NCBI GenBank assembly: GCA_963833225.1
Contig: CAWHXD010000017.1
Span: forward strand, 192,001-256,000
DNA length: 64,000 nucleotides
Origin: an uncultured Chloroflexia bacterium
GTDB taxonomy: Bacteria > Chloroflexota > Limnocylindria > Limnocylindrales > CSP1-4
Reading direction: 5' to 3'
Part shown: one piece after another, positions 59,363 through 64,000 of the stretch
Layout: the number at the start of each line of letters is the position of its first letter
How positions within the stretch are numbered: the first letter of the stretch is position 1
Notes under the pieces: model-generated
Databases searched by the model: none
What the model was told of the DNA's origin: nothing
Seen by the model: the letters and a program-made list of their open reading frames with translations, nothing else
Program-made: the position numbers and the translations under genes

Positions 59363-60674
59363 GCCGCCGCCTCGCCGGGTGCGTCGCCGGTGGCGTCGCC
59401 GGTGGTCGCCGGCACGTAGGTCAGCACCACCCGGTTGTCGGCACGGAACACGGCGCGGGCGGCGTCCCGGATCTGGTCCGCCGTCACCGCGAGGTAGCGT
59501 GGTAGCAGGGTGTTGATGAGGTCCGGGTCGTCGAACAGGCCCGCGTATTCGGCGAGCCGCCGGGCGCGCTCCTCGACGCGGGCAAGCGAGCCCAGCTCGT
59601 CGGCCTCGATGAGGGCCTTTGCGCGGGCGACCTCGTCCTCGCTGGGCGCCTCCGAGGCGAGCTTCTCAAGCTCCTCGTGGAACGCCGCCTCGACCGCCGC
59701 CGGATCCACGCCCGGCCGGACGGTGGCGATGCCCAGGAACACGGACCCCCCCGACGAAGCCCCAGCTCCCGCAGTCGACCTCCTGCGCAAGCCGATCCTC
59801 ACGGACGAGGCGCTTGTGGAGACGGCTCCCCTTGCCGCCTGCCAGCAGCTGCGCCGCAATGTCGAGCGGATCCAGCGCCGGATCCCCATACGCCGGCGCC
59901 CGGTAGGCGACGAAGATCCGGGTCAGCGGGACCCGGTCCTCCACGGTCTCGCGCTGCTCCTCGCCCAGGAGCGCGGGGAGCGGCGTGGTCCGGCAGCGAC
60001 GGGATCGCCGGGTTCGCCGGGATCGGTCCGAAGTAGCGGTCCGCCCACGCCCGGACCTGGGCGCGCTCGCAGTCCCCCACCACGGCGATCGTGGCGTTGT
60101 TCGGCGCGTAGTAGGTCCGGAAGAACGCGGAGACATCCTCCAGGGAGGCCGCGTCGAGGTCCGCCATCGAGCCGATGGTCGGGTGGTGGTACGGGTGATC
60201 CTCGGGGTAGAGGTGGGCGAACACCTTCTCCTGCCACGACCCGTACGGCCGGTTGTCGTAGCTCCACCGCTTCTCGTTCTTGACGACCTCGCGCTGGTTG
60301 TCGAGGTTCTCCTGCGACAGTGCGTCGAGGAGCGTGGCCATCCGGTCCGCCTCCAGCCACAGCGCGAGCTCCAGCTGGTGGGAGGGCAGCGTCTCGTAGT
60401 AGTTGGTGCGGTCCAGCCAGGTCGTGCCGTTGAGCGTGCCGCCGGCTGCCTGGACCAGCGCCATGTGCTCCGCCTTGGCCACGTTCGCCGACCCCTGGAA
60501 CATCACGTGCTCGAACAGGTGGGCGAACCCGGTCTTGCCGGGGACCTCGTGCTTGGAGCCGACGTTGTACCAGACGTGGACGGCGACGACGGGCGCGAGA
60601 TGGTCCTCGGCGACGATCAGGCGCAGGCCGTTGGGCAGGCGCTCGTCGGAGAACTCGATCACGGGAACGGGCAT
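59359..60674 (-). CDS. M16 zinc peptidase, catalytic subunit (frameshifted)
   Basis: GFAHLFEHVMF (HxxEH), NGTTWLDRTNY, VVKNEKR, HPYHHPTIGS. Confidence 0.88.
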
Positions 60675-60855
60675 ACGGAACGGGTCCTCGGGCGGTGACG
60701 GGTCGCGGGCTAGTGTAGGGCGGGTGGCCGATCCGGGGCCCGGGACGGTCCGCCCCGGGGCCGTCGGCGTGACCTTCGGTCCGCACCGTCGACGGCCGGA
60801 CGTGCCAGCATGATCGAGACGGGCCGCGCTGCCGGCCCGGCACAGGGAGGGTCCG

Positions 60856-61635
60856 ATGGGATCGGGTCGTGGACCGTCGTCGGGGGCGCTCATCGGCGGC
60901 ATCGTGCTGCTGATCGTCGGTGTGGCGTTCCTGCTCCGGAATGCGGGGATCATCCGTGTGGACTGGGGGGTCCTGTGGCCGGCGCTGGTGATCGCGATGG
61001 GGGTCGTGCTGATCGTGGGAGCGCTCCGACGGGGTGGTGGCGGGCCCGGCGACACCAACGTGAGCATCCCGATGGACGGAACGGCGCGCCTTGACCTCGC
61101 CCTGCGCCTGGGGGCCGGCCAGTACCGGCTCCGGGCCGGGGCCGCGGGCCTCGTGGACGTGGCGGCCAGCGGGCCGACCATCGACCACCGCGTCGAGCGA
61201 TCCGGCGACCTTGCCCGGGTCCGCCTCGCGACCGCCATCGACTCCTGGAGCTGGGGGCGGATGGCCGGCGGGACCGACTGGCGGATCGGGGTCACGCCCG
61301 GGGTGCCGGTCCGGCTCGATGTCCAGGCCGGCGCCGGCACGTTCGAGCTGGATCTCGAGGGCGTCATGACCAGCGGGGTCACGTGCGGGATCGGGGCGGC
61401 GGACCTGCGGATCGTGCTTCCGCGGCCCCGGGGCGAGGTCCCGGTCCGGGTCGAGGGTGGAGCTGCCCAGTTCACCTTCGAGATCCCGGCGGGTGTCGAG
61501 GCCAGGGTCACGACGACCGGGCTGGTCACGACGAGCGGCATCAACCAGACAGCGGGCTACGCGACCGCTGCCGATCGCGTGACGGTTGCGGTGACCGGTG
61601 GCGCGGCGGCCGTGCGGGTGATCCAGCGAGCCTGA
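60856..61635 (+). CDS. LiaF/DUF5668-like membrane protein with C-terminal beta-repeat domain
   Basis: GGGAGG RBS; GIVLLIVGVAFLL...LWPALVIAMG; GAG-x-LDL repeats. Confidence 0.65.
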   Translation: MGSGRGPSSGALIGGIVLLIVGVAFLLRNAGIIRVDWGVLWPALVIAMGVVLIVGALRRGGGGPGDTNVSIPMDGTARLDLALRLGAGQYRLRAGAAGLVDVAASGPTIDHRVERSGDLARVRLATAIDSWSWGRMAGGTDWRIGVTPGVPVRLDVQAGAGTFELDLEGVMTSGVTCGIGAADLRIVLPRPRGEVPVRVEGGAAQFTFEIPAGVEARVTTTGLVTTSGINQTAGYATAADRVTVAVTGGAAAVRVIQRA

Positions 61636-61678
61636 GGCGCCTCGCGGTTCCCTTGGATCGGGTGCCGGAACGGCGCGG

Positions 61679-62110
61679 CTAGATGGGCAGCAGCACCGCG
61701 ATGACGGTCGGGATGATCGCGAGCAGGAAGGCATCGCGCACGAGGACGGCCGTGGTCCGTCGGTCGAGCTCCCGCTGAACCGGGTCGACGACCGGCTCAC
61801 GGCTCGCCTCGCCGTCACCGAAGTTCGACAGCCCGGCCATCGCGAACGCGACGCAGAACCGGCGGCGGGCCTGGAGCCAGGCGACGCCGGCACCCCACAA
61901 CGGCAGGAACAGCAGGAGGCGCGTCAGGGCGGGCGCGCCGGCCGCCACGAGGATGGCGAGCAGGGCGACCGCCGCCGCGATCGCCGCGATGGCCGACCGT
62001 CGCCGCCGCCGGATCTCCCACGGACCGATGTTGCACGCTCCCGCGACATAGCCATGGTCGGGCTCGGGAGCCGGCGTGATGGGAGCGGCGAAGCGGGTCG
62101 GGTCGGACAT
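61679..62110 (-). CDS. Hypothetical membrane protein
   Basis: GACNIGPWEIRRRR, QARRRFCV; three TM segments. Confidence 0.65.
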   Translation of the reverse strand: MSDPTRFAAPITPAPEPDHGYVAGACNIGPWEIRRRRRSAIAAIAAAVALLAILVAAGAPALTRLLLFLPLWGAGVAWLQARRRFCVAFAMAGLSNFGDGEASREPVVDPVQRELDRRTTAVLVRDAFLLAIIPTVIAVLLPI

Positions 62111-62221
62111 CGAGGCACCAGGTGGCGGCGCGGGGTGACGCGCTCACCTGATCTTCGCAGGTCGCGGCGTGGCGGATGCCTGCGACGCACGCCCGAGCAC
62201 TCGCGGGTAGACTCCCGCTCC

Positions 62222-62859
62222 GTGAGAACCACATCGCACCGCCTTGGCGTCCGGGCTCGTGGGCGCCGTGCTTGCCCTGCTCGTGGCGGCACCCGCCCTG
62301 GCCCATGCCGATCTCGTCGCGTCCACCCCCGAGGACGGCGAGGTGCTGGCGGTCCCGCCCACGGCGGTCGAGCTCACGTTCAGCGAGGGCCTGGACGCCG
62401 GCAAGAGCTCCTTCAGGCTCATCGGCCCGGACGGCGATGTCGGAACCGGCAAGGCTCCCAAGGACGGCGCCACCACGATGGCGCTCGAGGGTCTGGCCCT
62501 GGGTCCCGGTGACTACAGGATCAAGTGGACCTCGGTTGCCGAGGACGGACACATCGAGCGGGGCTCGCTCGCGTTCACGGTGTCGTCACCGACCCCGGAG
62601 CCCGCAACGCCGACGCCGGTCCCGACAACTGCGCCACCGCGGCGTCGCGACCACGCCCACGGCGGCGCCCGCGACCGAGTCTTCGGCACCCCCGCCGCCG
62701 ACAACCGCACTGCCGAGTGACACCTCCGCCTCACCCGCCACGGACAGCGGCGACCCCGCATCGGTCTCCGGGACCGACGTCCTGATCCCCATCGTGGCGG
62801 GGCTCGTCCTCGTGGCCGGCGTGGGGGTCTTCGTCCTCCGTCGCAGTCGCCGGGCCTGA
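62222..62859 (+). CDS. copC: CopC-family copper-binding protein with C-terminal TM anchor (frameshifted)
   Basis: ALAHADLVASTP, LTFSE, WTSVAEDGH; Pro/Thr linker and TM-RRSRR tail in the adjacent frame. Confidence 0.8.
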
Positions 62860-62896
62860 AGCCGGTGACCGGGCCCAGGCGGGCGTGGGCCACGGC

Positions 62897-64000
62897 ATGA
62901 CCAGGCGCCTGGCCGGCGTGATCCTCGCCGCGGCCGTGATGCTCGGCGCACCGGTCGTCGCGCTCGCCCATGGCCTCTCGCCGCTCTACGAGAGCCCGCT
63001 GCCACTGGCCGTGTACCTCGCCGGCGCCGCAGCCACGGTCGCGCTGTCGTTCGTGTTCGTCCTGGCCCGCGACCTGCGGGCGGCGCCCGTGCAGGCGGGG
63101 CGCCCCGCACCGGTCCCGGTCACCGTGCGGTACGGGCTGCGCACCATCGGCGTCTTCGGCTGGGTATGGATCCTCGCCCAGGGCATCGCCGGGGGCTCGT
63201 CGGATGCCTCCGTGGCCGGGCTCTTCCTGTGGGTGTACGGCTGGGTTGGCGTGGCGATCCTCTCGGCGCTCGTGTTCCCGGTGTGGGAGTGGCTCGACCC
63301 GTTCACGACGATCCATGACCTGATCGCCGCCGTCCTGCGCCGGCTCGGCCTGCGGGGCGGCACGCCCGCGCCCCTGCCCGGGTGGGCGCGACTGTGGCCC
63401 GCGGTCGCCGGGCTCGTGTTCCTCGTCTGGCTGGAGCTCGTGGCGGTGCCCGGCAATGACGGGCTGACGGTGGTCGTCGCCGGCTACACGGTGCTCACGC
63501 TCGCGCTCATGGCCCAGTTCGGACGCGACCCATGGCGCGCGTACGGCGACACGTTCAGCGTGTGGTTCCGGACGCTCAACCGGCTGGCAGCGACCGGCGT
63601 CCCGCCGTCGCCGGGACCGGAGGCCTCAGACACGGCCACCGACCACCACGGCGTGCTTCGCCGGCCGTTTGCCTCCGGGGTGATCGACGCTCGCTGGGAG
63701 GTGCCGCGCATCATCCTGGTGGCCGTGGCCACGGGGTCCATCCTGTTCGACGGCCTGTCACAGACCGTGCCCTTCGCGACGGTCTTCGGGGCCCCGACGC
63801 TGGTGCCGAAGACCCTGCTCCTGCTCGCGTTCCTCGCGATCATCGCGCTGGCCGCGCTGGTTGTGGCGAAGTCGGTCAGCCCGGGAGCGATCGGGGCCGG
63901 CCTGCTGCCGATCGCGGTCGGCTACCTGGTCGCCCATTACCTGACCTACCTGCTGATCGACGGGCAGCGGATCGTGATCGCCATCTCCGACCCCCTCCAG
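62897..64000 (+). CDS. Polytopic membrane protein, runs off window end
   Basis: AHGLSPLYESPLPLAVYLAGAAATVALSF, WVYGWVG, GDTFSVWF, PIAVGYLVAHYLTY; open frame to 64000. Confidence 0.7.
   Translation, partial: MTRRLAGVILAAAVMLGAPVVALAHGLSPLYESPLPLAVYLAGAAATVALSFVFVLARDLRAAPVQAGRPAPVPVTVRYGLRTIGVFGWVWILAQGIAGGSSDASVAGLFLWVYGWVGVAILSALVFPVWEWLDPFTTIHDLIAAVLRRLGLRGGTPAPLPGWARLWPAVAGLVFLVWLELVAVPGNDGLTVVVAGYTVLTLALMAQFGRDPWRAYGDTFSVWFRTLNRLAATGVPPSPGPEASDTATDHHGVLRRPFASGVIDARWEVPRIILVAVATGSILFDGLSQTVPFATVFGAPTLVPKTLLLLAFLAIIALAALVVAKSVSPGAIGAGLLPIAVGYLVAHYLTYLLIDGQRIVIAISDPLQ

Noticed and set aside
1-64000. tRNA, rRNA, tmRNA or prophage genes
   Set aside because: No cloverleaf, rRNA-like segment or phage hallmark protein recognised by eye; small RNAs could have been missed.

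Overview
Very GC-rich bacterial chromosomal window; gene style and small-protein families suggest Chloroflexota (Limnocylindria/Ellin6529-like), which is inference only. Scattered single-base indels split otherwise intact genes (densest in the first 4 kb) and most likely reflect long-read consensus error. Contents, in order: a polyamine ABC transporter plus class III aminotransferase; housekeeping genes (hisN, class II aldolase, RidA, GNATs); an ABC-exporter/small-protein/RsgA/GNAT operon preceded by a sigma70-like promoter, a 27-aa leader ORF and an intrinsic terminator (attenuator-like); a ~25-kb molybdo-hydroxylase supercluster with a form I CO dehydrogenase (coxMSL, AYRCSFR) and a form II-like enzyme (S-L-M order, AYRGAGR) around shared maturation genes; two ECF sigma/anti-sigma pairs; TPR-rhomboid, SRAP, orphan tadE/tadE/tadG, an M16 peptidase pair and CopC. 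Main observation: coxD and coxE, normally adjacent, are separated by a 9-kb string of small unrelated genes punctuated by at least six same-orientation 30-bp sites (GTCCGCGAG[C/G]GT-N6-ATGTCACCTGAC) with 12+6+12 tyrosine-recombinase-like geometry, plus half-sites at the ends. This looks like an integron-like gene-cassette array that uses short non-attC sites, with no recombinase in the window. An IS5 with a passenger gene, several REPIN-like palindromic elements and many leaderless promoters are also visible. No rRNA, tRNA or CRISPR array was recognised.
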